From the NCBI GenBank assembly GCA_024275415.1, contig JAJRZD010000063.1:1-32000 (forward strand): 32,000 bases of DNA, in the 5' to 3' direction. The DNA is from an archaeon (GTDB lineage Archaea; Asgardarchaeota; Thorarchaeia; Thorarchaeales; Thorarchaeaceae). Numbering within the stretch: position 1 is the first letter of the stretch; each line of letters begins with the position of its first letter. The notes beneath the pieces were generated by a model. It was given only the letters and a program-made list of their open reading frames with translations. It searched no databases and was not told where the DNA came from. Made by a program: the position numbers and the translations under genes. Shown in pieces: positions 18,801 through 26,903 of the stretch.

Positions 18801-19316
18801 ATATTGCTCAAGCCAAAAGAAACTGGGCTATATGCTATCAGCATTGATATCCCGTTGTCCTTGGAAATGAGTACAGCATATCTGACTGCAAAAGCCACGA
18901 CCACGAAGGGAGTTACAAGGGGCTCAAAACGCCTTAAGATAAAAGCAGTTGAGGAGGCTCACTTTCATTTCAGCTACATGATCAAGGATTCCAAGGGAGT
19001 GGAGATTCCAGGTCTCGTCCCTAGAGTCACGCCAATCAAACTGATTGTCATTGGAAAGGCAACCACCAAGGCACTAGATGATGTTAAGATTCTTCTCAGG
19101 ATAATGTCCAGAAGGAAGGTCGTCAAACTCTTTGAGATAGACACCAAAGATATCACACGACGACACGATAACGAATTTGAGATAGAAATCCCTTGGACCA
19201 CACCTTCAGTGGATATGGTCACAGGATTCTACATCGAAGTATTGGTCGAACAGGGAGGGCAGATATTACCCGACCGTGCAGTAAAACAAGCACCAAAGCA
19301 ATTCACGGTGTATTGA
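15861..19316 (+). CDS. Glutamate-cysteine ligase family 2 (GCS2/YbdK-like) carboxylate-amine ligase fused to about six C-terminal Ig-like beta-sandwich domains
   Basis: GIEVELQII, ILEIATPPC, GEHHHI, ALTVNSPF and TIELRVSD match GCS2 motifs. From about residue 480 to 1151 there are roughly 110-aa beta-rich units. No signal peptide. Confidence 0.8.
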   Translation: MMLLTSDSSMKEMNLPFPHGIEVELQIIRRDGSWIRGEEILAIFDRLVSNAISLLDKKIRKSFVPSVKKKFRHATQTEEGERGSRVVATYEDPNGEIKEFTLVGHDPNVTSLTWILEIATPPCTTLEELAWWVQTLIAISYESLPKDANATLISTGLNPAQEYLKNLSFGEHHHILGPDTSERVRIGVYNLIRNFIPHIIALTVNSPFENKRTTDEVWVDDKGKTRAPKCKRSIRLFRNTTQLGPINEFEFIPHLKDADVEGFARHVNRSYARMVDLYPFTRLSTIELRVSDTQISVPRRVGMALLLQALALKAKKMVENGIDIPEVEAASLASNREAAVEAGLWGPFRVTKTDPKSEFAKIYNMRVNDDGTIDEKRKNRFLGDAVNSMLFLIRDELEEIGFIDNPFVQPLLVSIYGSEFVAPRTTGADFQLDVYAKSDLNLVVLLRRLTEITRECCINWLYDPLEGTPHLPTWLCWWKGVEPEIVTEKERIFAGQKAHVSISIRNVLEKDLVDLTLTYTIEDADRHVVERNLVPIMRIESGEIFVEHIEFETSKGVPAYNILATVGLAGQEIHVSGTIQTFWTKATIRPTTTTIFADGATQIPFTGEIETSFPDTEFLAAKVSVVSPGREKVLAEVEQPLSVEPGGVISFKNEDFPPLVVPDDFSEGVERCILRISLSDSDGEEVTANTSRPFYIGFVRRGPKIILDADIKESYRPREKIIGNIELKTSGQAIEKDATASIVFVADSGRRHPITTIPIEELAKGPKYFEWTVPAIHSENTSERTGVLRVDLLNASEVISSTQSKRFKLEHIGVRMSIDSLRIPTATEIGGKITGWLRIRRNTESGEKAILDLIFKYPDGAEIHAFSQSIRQSRNLSVAFGPIEVPEPPSGKKFDQVDLEARLSYGGSVIDTRTESLRLDGKDEPHMVRISFSGLPTFVTPDETLHATIHVTNLSREEMPCMLAVQLDTVKGPIPIWQKEILLKPKETGLYAISIDIPLSLEMSTAYLTAKATTTKGVTRGSKRLKIKAVEEAHFHFSYMIKDSKGVEIPGLVPRVTPIKLIVIGKATTKALDDVKILLRIMSRRKVVKLFEIDTKDITRRHDNEFEIEIPWTTPSVDMVTGFYIEVLVEQGGQILPDRAVKQAPKQFTVY

Positions 19317-19588
19317 GTTTCATCTTCAGAGAATATTATACGATTGTAAAATGCCCCGTTTGCTGAAAAAAGTGTGAATAATACTGCTGTAGAATAGAAA
19401 AAGCTTCAAGATAGGCGATGACAAGTTCGACAAATCATGCTGTCAAGACCAAAGGTATAATAGGGACAATTCGAGCTTTTCGTATTAATCGGAGCAACCA
19501 ACCAACTCCTGATTTACAACCATAGAATAAGCAATGATGTATCCAAAATTTGACAGTCAATGACGCAGAGAATAAAGGAAGTGATAGC

Positions 19589-20521
19589 ATGTTGGAGTTG
19601 CTAACAAATAGCGTGGTTTCAGGGCTAATTGTAATGGCCATCTTGGGAGCATTGTCATACAAGCTCCATTTTGTTGATGTTTCAGGCTTGATCAGCGCAT
19701 TCGTTGTCGGTGTTACCGTCTGGTACACTGGAGGAGTCGCTGCATTCACGATACTTCTCTTCTTTTTCCTTGCTTCAGGCGTTGCTACAAAGTTCAAGTA
19801 CAAAGCAAAGGCCAAACAGAACCTTGCTCAAGAAGGAAAAGGAAAACGCTCGTGGAGGAATGTCTTCGGCAGCGGTTTCATTCCCATGATGTTCTCAATA
19901 GGGATATACATCTTCAATCCCATGGGACCGTTCAACCTGACCTCGGATCCATTCATGTCTTTCGCAATGTTTGGTGGATTTGTTGGGTCAGTTGCCACGA
20001 CAACCGCAGATACCCTCGCGAGTGAGATTGGGGTCTTCAGTAAGAGCAAGCCTCGCCTCATCACGAACCTGCGAAGAAAGGTTCCAAGAGGAACTATTGG
20101 CGCCGTATCGCTGTTGGGTGAGGGAGTCGCTATTCTCGCAGGAGTAATGATTGGAATAGTGGCAATTTTCTTCGCTCTTTTTGCTCCTGCCATGATCCCG
20201 GTTTACACATACGAGCAGTTCATCATCATTTTCCCACTGTCAGTCCTGACAGCACTCATTGGCTGTAACTTGGATAGCCTTTTTGGTGCGGTTCTTCAGA
20301 ACAGGTTTGTATGCGAGATCTGTGGGGCAATAACAGACAAGGAGTTCCACTGTGACTATGAAACGAAGTACGTAGGAGGATTTAGGAGCTTCACAAACAC
20401 CTATGTCAATTTCGGATCCTCTGGAATGGGAGCTACTCTTGGGATACTCTTGGGTGCTGGTCTATTCGTCTGGATCCTAGGAGGTTTGTTCTTCTGGATC
20501 TTGGTATCATCCAGCAATTAG
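19589..20521 (+). CDS. DUF92/TMEM19-family membrane protein with a small Cys/His zinc-ribbon insert
   Basis: GKRSWRNVFGSG, ADTLASEIG, VPRGTIGAVSLLG, LDSLFGAVLQ and CEICG...HC motifs. Alternative TTG start at 19550. Confidence 0.88.
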   Translation: MLELLTNSVVSGLIVMAILGALSYKLHFVDVSGLISAFVVGVTVWYTGGVAAFTILLFFFLASGVATKFKYKAKAKQNLAQEGKGKRSWRNVFGSGFIPMMFSIGIYIFNPMGPFNLTSDPFMSFAMFGGFVGSVATTTADTLASEIGVFSKSKPRLITNLRRKVPRGTIGAVSLLGEGVAILAGVMIGIVAIFFALFAPAMIPVYTYEQFIIIFPLSVLTALIGCNLDSLFGAVLQNRFVCEICGAITDKEFHCDYETKYVGGFRSFTNTYVNFGSSGMGATLGILLGAGLFVWILGGLFFWILVSSSN

Positions 20522-21834
20522 GTGCCCTTATCGTCGAAGCATCTGTGGAGAGATTCCTCTAAGTCATGTCCTTTCTTGTAGTACTGTAAAAGATCCGAAA
20601 CAAATTCAGGATTCAAATCATCACTAGATGTTTCATAGGAGAACAGCTCAAGCTGCCCTGACTAGCCAGTCATAAGACCAAACTTGGTCTTGTCCAATGT
20701 TATCAATGCCTCGGCATTCGAATGCTTACGTAACGCGCTCATTGGATTGACACCAAGCTGAAGTTTGGCGGTGTCCCATTCCTGAGCGGATATGAGTAGG
20801 ACATCTGCTTGTTTCAGAATGGGGCCTATACTTGGAATCCCAAGCTCCCAGTAATGCGGCGAACACCGGAACACAAGGGGGACGTTGTTAGCTTTGCAGT
20901 AGGTCGCTAGGGATAACGCGACCTCCACGAAGACCTCGCCGATATAGACAATCCCACTGTTTTTGACCACATCCCATGGGATTTGGGAAGGAGAATCTAT
21001 GGATAGCGAGAATCCTTCATCTATACCAACCAAACTATGCCTGTTCGTACCTTCCTCGATTATGAAAGTTTCATTGGTTCGCTTAGCGGGTTCGATGACA
21101 AAATGGGTCACATCCACATCCTGCGCAACCAGATGGGACAGGATGCTCCATCCATTCAAGTCATCGCCTACTGAAGAAACAAATACGACCTTTGAGTTAC
21201 TACTGGCAAGATGAGATGCCAGCTCAATACTGGATCCCCCTGGAAAGCGGGACGGTATAGCACATGTGACCTCAGAAGTCGCCGCAAGAGGTTGTTTGCA
21301 TTGTATCCATGTGAATATCGCAGAAGAACCCAAGATGACAAAGTCAGGAGCGTCATATCTAACGGAACCCTCCATCATCAGTTTCGTCCGGACTCTTGGA
21401 ATTACCTCAAAGAAGATTGATTCCTCAAGGTTATGCTTCCTATAGAACGATATAAGGTTCGTAAGATAATCTTCGAGCAACGACTCGGTCAGCGAGCTAA
21501 TATCTGAGGGGAGCCCCTTTGAAAAGAATCTCACAAAGGACCAGCCCGGTTCGGTCAACTCGTGATAGACGACACGTTTCCCCTTTTCGACTCTTGAGTT
21601 TGTACGAATAAGTCGGTATTTTCGCAATGCATCAAGATATTGGATTATGCTCTTATTGGAGTGCGATAAGGTCTGTATCAGATCTTTCTGAAGAACAGTG
21701 CCCGTTTTTTCGAAGCATGGGAGCACACTTGGAGCAATCTTTGACGCCAGTACGTCCTTGATGAACATGATTCGCTCCTGATGATTGGAGGGCATCAGGA
21801 GGATATAGGGCCAGAAGTCGTGTGATTCTGTCAC
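20518..21834 (-). pseudogene. Winged-HTH plus PfkB/ribokinase-like fusion (probable pseudokinase regulator) with an internal in-frame TAG at 20662-20664
   Basis: N-terminal wHTH (QKDLIQTLSHSNKSIIQYLDALRKYRLI...YHELTEPG) and PfkB signature (PGGSSIELA...VSSVGDDLNG). The frame continues 47 codons past the TAG to a TAA at 20518-20520 that overlaps the convergent DUF92 stop. Confidence 0.7.
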
Positions 21835-21899
21835 TTCCTAGACCTCCGAGAAAGTTAAAATATTGGTCTTCCTACAGGTACTAATGTACAAACATACTT

Positions 21900-21920
21900 A
21901 TGTAGTTTACTTGACTACAT
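21900..21920. promoter_or_regulatory. Candidate operator: inverted repeat ATGTAGT-N7-ACTACAT
   Basis: Perfect 7-bp arms in the short divergent intergenic region between the wHTH-PfkB gene and the ECF S-component gene. Confidence 0.5.
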
Positions 21921-21941
21921 TGAATGAAGGGAGAGAATGCA

Positions 21942-22730
21942 ATGTCTAGCTTTCCAAATTCTAAAGCATATCCATGGGCGCTGACAGGAGTGTTTGCGGC
22001 AGTACATTTGGTTCTCAGTATCATCCCAGCAATCCCTGCTGTCGGTGGTGGGGCCATCTCGCTGGGCGCAATATCGGGCCCTCTGGTCGGGTTCTTGCTG
22101 GGACCTATCTATGGTACGCTTGCCGTTTTGATAGGTACCATCATAGGACTGTGGGCCAATCCTACAGCTGCAATCCTGGGATCTTTTGTGATCTTCCCCC
22201 CTACAGTGGGTGCCTTTGTAGCGGCCACCATCAGGGCAAAAAAGGCAATCGTTGTCCCAGTTTTCACCATATATGCCGCCCTGTTGTTCTTTCTAGGCCC
22301 TCTAGGAGAATACACACTGATCTACATGCAGGTGCACATAATAGCAGCGATACTCGCACTCTTTATGGTTCTGCCTCCGTTAAGGGATTCTTTTGACAAC
22401 ATAGTGAAAGACAAGTCGCCGAAGAATATCGTGCTTCTAATCATTTCCTATTGGATCCTGAGCTTTGCCGCTCTCATGGCAGACCATGCGATTGGTTCAG
22501 CCATTGGAGTTCCGTACTTCAATACAGTCCTTGGATGGTCAGTTCCAGACCTGAAGTTCATCTTCATTGATCTTATCATCTATGTCTTCCCAATTGAAAG
22601 ACTGTTGATGTCATTCTTACTGGCGTTCACGATATTCGCTCTAGACCGAGCGCTATCTAAGACTCAGTTCAGACCGCCCTTGATTTCAGATAGAACATCT
22701 CATATACAAGAATTGCCTAGCCAACAGTAG
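21942..22730 (+). CDS. ECF transporter S-component-like membrane protein
   Basis: TGVFAAVHLVLS...GPLVGFLLGPIYGTLAVLIG pattern of S-components and seven or more TM helices. Substrate not determinable. Alternative ATG at 21924. Confidence 0.65.
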   Translation: MSSFPNSKAYPWALTGVFAAVHLVLSIIPAIPAVGGGAISLGAISGPLVGFLLGPIYGTLAVLIGTIIGLWANPTAAILGSFVIFPPTVGAFVAATIRAKKAIVVPVFTIYAALLFFLGPLGEYTLIYMQVHIIAAILALFMVLPPLRDSFDNIVKDKSPKNIVLLIISYWILSFAALMADHAIGSAIGVPYFNTVLGWSVPDLKFIFIDLIIYVFPIERLLMSFLLAFTIFALDRALSKTQFRPPLISDRTSHIQELPSQQ

Positions 22731-22732
22731 AT

Positions 22733-22767
22733 AGAATAGCGCTTTGCGCTATTCTCCCTTTCTTTTT
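22733..22767 (+). terminator. Hairpin AGAATAGCGC-TTT-GCGCTATTCT plus U-tract
   Basis: 10-bp perfect stem at 22733-22755, followed by CCCTTTCTTTTT, directly after the stop. Confidence 0.75.
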
Positions 22768-23031
22768 CAGAGTGCGCAGTTAGTCTTAAACCATCAGAGG
22801 TAGCGATAATATGTGTGGCATTGTCGCATTCCATCATTGGTTGTGAATCACAGACTTCAACTCAGCCGGTATGCCTAAGTGTGTCCTGTGCTCACAAGAC
22901 TTGTGTCCTCTTGACAGCTCTGCGAGGAACGAAGCTTCATAAGATTTCGCACCACATAGGAGCTTGGAACGGGGGACTCTAATCCGTTCACCGTTGACAT
23001 GTGGATAACAAAAAAAGGAGTATCATGAACA

Positions 23032-23865
23032 ATGCAGATAGAAGCATTTTGGTTCGGACTTTGGTTCCTTGTCATAGTGTTTGCCATCTTTCTCTTGATG
23101 TTCATCGTAAGTGGCATCAAAGTCCTGAAAGAATGGGAACGCGTTGCAGTCCTGAGACTTGGCAAGTTCAAACATATCAGAGGTCCGGGTATCATTTGGA
23201 TAACCCCGATGTTAGACAAGGTAGCCATGAAAGTATCATTACGGTTGCAGACCTACGCGTTCAAGACAGAAAGGTCTCTTACTAAAGACAACGTGCCTGT
23301 GGTCGTTGATGCTGTTATGTATTTCAGGGTCATCGATGTAGAAAAAGCAATCCTAAGCGTAGAACGTTACAATATCGCTGTGGAACTCGCTGCTCAGACC
23401 ACCCTAAGAGAAACAACAGGGAAGGTAACTTTGGATCAACTGCTCTCTGACCGTGACAGCATCGCCGCTCACCTCCAAGAGCTTATTGATGAAAAGACAG
23501 AGCACTGGGGCGTAAAGGTCACTGCAGTGGAAATCCGTGATGTGGTCATCCCAACACAACTCCAAGATGCAATGAGCAGGGAAGCTCAGGCAGAACGTGA
23601 GCGGCGCGCACGCATCACTCTCGCACAAGCTGAGCTAGAGTCCTCTGAAGCTATGCTCAAAGCAGCTCAACTATACGAACAATCCAGTGTTGGCTTCGTC
23701 CTTCGTACCTGGAACATCATGCAGGAAATTAGTAAGAACGCCAATCTAATAATTATGGTGCCTACAAATATTCCCGAGGTGGGCACAACTGTAGGTACGG
23801 CAGCAGCTCTGTCAGCTGGGACAGGTGGAATGAGGATTCCAAAGAACAAGGGGACAGACGTGTAA
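23032..23865 (+). CDS. SPFH/band 7 stomatin-like protein
   Basis: N-terminal TM, EWERVAVLRLG, TKDNVPVVVDAVMYFRV, AQTTLR, WGVKVTAVEIRDV and QAERERRA. Confidence 0.95.
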   Translation: MQIEAFWFGLWFLVIVFAIFLLMFIVSGIKVLKEWERVAVLRLGKFKHIRGPGIIWITPMLDKVAMKVSLRLQTYAFKTERSLTKDNVPVVVDAVMYFRVIDVEKAILSVERYNIAVELAAQTTLRETTGKVTLDQLLSDRDSIAAHLQELIDEKTEHWGVKVTAVEIRDVVIPTQLQDAMSREAQAERERRARITLAQAELESSEAMLKAAQLYEQSSVGFVLRTWNIMQEISKNANLIIMVPTNIPEVGTTVGTAAALSAGTGGMRIPKNKGTDV

Positions 23866-23899
23866 GAAGAGAATCACGATCTGGTGAGAGGTGAAAGAA

Positions 23900-24601
23900 A
23901 TGGACGCCTGGATAAAGATCCTTGTGGTCATGATATTGATATCGGCCCTGAGCATGGTGTTGGGAGTGCTGATTTTCGACCCATTCTACGGGCTGATATT
24001 GATAGGGATAATCCTGACCCTGCTCGTCTTGACCGTGGATCCCGCGACTGGAAAGGCAATGGCGCAGGTGACGATTCCCATCGTTATCATCCTGTTCGTA
24101 TTCGAGCTCGTGCTCTTTGGAGCTGATCTTGTATTCAACCCATTGATGATCTTCGTTATCGGCGCCGTACTCTACATGCTCTTCTCCATGTTCACTGGCG
24201 GAGGTATTGTAGAAGGTGGATTCATTGATGCGAAGTTGTCACTGAAGCTCTTTCCGATCTATGGTGGTGCTATCATCTTGGCGTGGTTCCTGGATCCTAC
24301 GGGGCATCTGCCCGTGTACATCATGGTTGGTACTGTGTTTGGGCTGATGTTGCTGTATATGGGATTCCTGAGAAACTACGACAAATGGCCGCAGTACCAA
24401 TACGGGAAGATGAACAACCTCTTTGCATTGACTGACATCAACCCCAAGGGGAAAGTCAAGAGCGGAGCAGAGATATGGTGGGCTAAAACGATGGGTCCAC
24501 CAATCATGGCTGGTGAGCGTGTGAGAGTGCTTGGGCTGTCGGGGATGACAATGATAGTCATGAAGGACGAGTCAAGTGAGCTCACACTGGATCAAGCATG
24601 A
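23900..24601 (+). CDS. NfeD-like stomatin operon partner (multi-TM N-terminus plus C-terminal OB-fold, no ClpP-like domain)
   Basis: C-terminal GKVKSGAEIWWA...GERVRVLGLSGMTMIV matches the NfeD OB-fold pattern, and the gene is adjacent to stomatin. ATG at 23900 follows GAGGTGA; alternative GTG at 23891. Confidence 0.8.
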   Translation: MDAWIKILVVMILISALSMVLGVLIFDPFYGLILIGIILTLLVLTVDPATGKAMAQVTIPIVIILFVFELVLFGADLVFNPLMIFVIGAVLYMLFSMFTGGGIVEGGFIDAKLSLKLFPIYGGAIILAWFLDPTGHLPVYIMVGTVFGLMLLYMGFLRNYDKWPQYQYGKMNNLFALTDINPKGKVKSGAEIWWAKTMGPPIMAGERVRVLGLSGMTMIVMKDESSELTLDQA

Positions 24602-24607
24602 TACAGC

Positions 24608-24632
24608 AAAAAGGTAGGGATGTCCTACCTTT
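24608..24632. terminator. Bidirectional hairpin AAAGGTAGG-N5-CCTACCTTT between convergent genes
   Basis: 9-bp stem at 24610-24632, between the NfeD and CPBP stop codons. Confidence 0.6.
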
Positions 24633-25469
24633 CTACTTATTTTTTCGAGCGAACTTGTCAAGCAATAGGTATACGACAGACAATCCAAACAGGAAGCCAG
24701 CAATCGTGGTGATTCCCCATTCTATCTGGAAAATCTCCGGCAGGATAACGGTTTCGCGCGGATAGACAGGGAACAGGATATACGCAAGCATGTTCCACAT
24801 GAAATGGAACCCGATGGGCACCCACAGTTTCTCGCCAGACCAGTAGTAGGAGTACGATAGGACGACAGCCCCAAGAGTTATGTTCAACGTGAAAAGCAGA
24901 ACAAGATGGGGTGGCACCGAGCCCAGTGGCGACCACCAGCTGAAATGGAAAAGTCCAAAGACCAAGGAGCTGATGATGATACCTTTGCCCTTGCCGACGA
25001 TGTTCACGATTCGAGTCGTGAGATAGCCCCTGTAAGCAAGTTCCTCGAAAATGGCAGTAGGCACAGTGATAATGATCTCGTTTACGATGAGATCAGCAGT
25101 GAGTACCTCAGGAGGGTTCAGTTGCCCTCCAAAGGCCAAGGCGAAAATGACAACTAGGATTGCAGCCAAAGAACCAGCAATGGCACCAACGACAAGATTC
25201 GAGAACATGTCCTTGTCATCAAGATCCAATCCGAGCTCGGCAGTTGAAGAACCACCTTCCCATCTCACAAAGAATAGCACTATGAAATAAAGAAGGGCAA
25301 ATGTCAGGAAGAATAGTCCGGTCGCGACAAGGGCATATGATTCTGAACCGTAGAAGGCCCCAGCGATTATTGGGGACATTTCAATGATAAGAAGCATCAG
25401 CCCTGCAAAGAGAGTGACCCTAAGTATCTCAACATCGCGACTGCTCTGACTGTGTTCACGCACTTTCAT
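24633..25469 (-). CDS. CPBP (type II CAAX/Abi) family intramembrane metalloprotease
   Basis: EELAYRGY, FGLFH and HFMWN motifs; multiple TM helices. Confidence 0.92.
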   Translation of the reverse strand: MKVREHSQSSRDVEILRVTLFAGLMLLIIEMSPIIAGAFYGSESYALVATGLFFLTFALLYFIVLFFVRWEGGSSTAELGLDLDDKDMFSNLVVGAIAGSLAAILVVIFALAFGGQLNPPEVLTADLIVNEIIITVPTAIFEELAYRGYLTTRIVNIVGKGKGIIISSLVFGLFHFSWWSPLGSVPPHLVLLFTLNITLGAVVLSYSYYWSGEKLWVPIGFHFMWNMLAYILFPVYPRETVILPEIFQIEWGITTIAGFLFGLSVVYLLLDKFARKNK

Positions 25470-25712
25470 TGTAGGAACCAATGAGCCACAGGACAATACA
25501 TCGTTAAATCTTGTCCTATAGATTCACACGCGATTTGATTATCAGCACACTTTTCGTACATATAAGATATGCCAAGCCACCAGATCAGAGAGAAAAAAAA
25601 GTACATAGAGCCAACTGATTTAAGTACCCGATGTGAATCGGACTGTAACATTCATTCATGCTTTGGCCTGAAAGATAACCTGAAGAAGTGAAAACGATAG
25701 GAGCGTACATTT

Positions 25713-26897
25713 TTGTCAGATACGAGAAGAATGTTACTGGATTTCGAAACCGATGAAGTCGGTCGAAAAGCACGGGACGATCCAAAAGTGCGCAAATCGC
25801 TCATCAAGGCTCTATCGGACACTTCAGATATCGTTAGGCAGCGTGCCCTTATTGCGACTATCGAGCTTGGTGACCCTACAATTGTGAAGGATATTGTCAA
25901 GTCGCTCAAGGACGAAGATGACGAAGTGAGAGTTGCTGCTGCCGAGTCATTGGCATACTACAGGCAGCCATCCACAATACCATATCTGTTAGAAGGGCTG
26001 AAGGACTCTAATACGTGGGTCAGATCCCACTGTGCCAACGGGCTTTCCAAGTTGATTGGCGGGCCAATCTGGGCGCGGTTGAAAGAAGAGGATGTTGACA
26101 CGATACTCGCTGATTTCCCAGAGATGGATGAAGAACAGATAAGACAGTTCATGATTGATCTAAAGGTCAGAGAGAACGAGCTCGATAAATTCATGCATTG
26201 GCGTAGGAAAAACTTCGAGATTGACATAGACCCCTCAATTATAGAAGAGCTAGAAACAAAACCACTGATTCTAGAAGGTGCGGACATCAGTGCGCCTGTG
26301 AAACCCACTTCTGCTTCGGGTATCTCAACAGAAGTAGAGGAAATCCTTGCCGAGCTTCCAGACGACATCAGAAGCACTCTACCAGAAGAGGACTTGCGAC
26401 GATTGACTCCCTCCACTGCGCGAGAGCTAGTGGACTCCTTGCTTGCATCATTCGTCAAGAAAGAAGAAGAAAAGCCAAAGAAGAAGAAAAAAGTAAGAGT
26501 CAAGAAAGTCCAGAGATCCAAGAAGAAAAAGGGCCCCACAAAGGAAGAGATGCTTGAGAAGATTCCTGAAGAGATAAGGACACAGATTCCCCCAGATGTC
26601 CTTGATGACCTGACAGTAGAGGACTTGGAAGCACTCATATCAGCAGATAGTGACGGCGCCAAGTTGCTGCCGGATATCAAAGATGACGAAACAATAGTCA
26701 AACCGTCAAAGCCCAAGAAACACAAGAAGATGGCTGATGCACGGTTCCAGACTCTGACAGACAAGTACGGTGAGGAGAAAGCGGAGATCCTTCTCAGCAT
26801 ACCTGAGGACATGCTAGCCGGAATTCCCGACGACCAGATCGAGGAGATGGACATCGATTCCCTGAGGGATCTTGCAGATGCCCTCGCACCAAGGTGA
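25713..26897 (+). CDS. HEAT-repeat protein with three C-terminal acidic helical repeats separated by Lys-rich linkers
   Basis: Three PBS-lyase-type HEAT repeats (ALSDTSDIVRQRA, LKDEDDEVRVAAA, LKDSNTWVRSHCA), then three EILxxIP(E/D)(E/D)...IP repeats and KKKKK tracts. Confidence 0.85.
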   Translation: MSDTRRMLLDFETDEVGRKARDDPKVRKSLIKALSDTSDIVRQRALIATIELGDPTIVKDIVKSLKDEDDEVRVAAAESLAYYRQPSTIPYLLEGLKDSNTWVRSHCANGLSKLIGGPIWARLKEEDVDTILADFPEMDEEQIRQFMIDLKVRENELDKFMHWRRKNFEIDIDPSIIEELETKPLILEGADISAPVKPTSASGISTEVEEILAELPDDIRSTLPEEDLRRLTPSTARELVDSLLASFVKKEEEKPKKKKKVRVKKVQRSKKKKGPTKEEMLEKIPEEIRTQIPPDVLDDLTVEDLEALISADSDGAKLLPDIKDDETIVKPSKPKKHKKMADARFQTLTDKYGEEKAEILLSIPEDMLAGIPDDQIEEMDIDSLRDLADALAPR

Positions 26898-26903
26898 TTC
26901 TAC

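Noticed and set aside
19435-19815. 126-aa minus-strand ORF
   Set aside because: Overlaps the well-supported DUF92 gene in antisense and has no recognisable features.
22811-22846. MCGIV start resembling class II glutamine amidotransferase (GlmS/AsnB) N-termini
   Set aside because: It stops after 11 codons, and no amidotransferase-like sequence continues in the other frames.
25958-26854. 298-aa minus-strand ORF rich in Ser/Phe/Ile
   Set aside because: Antisense shadow of the Glu/Lys/Asp-rich HEAT protein, with no independent motifs.
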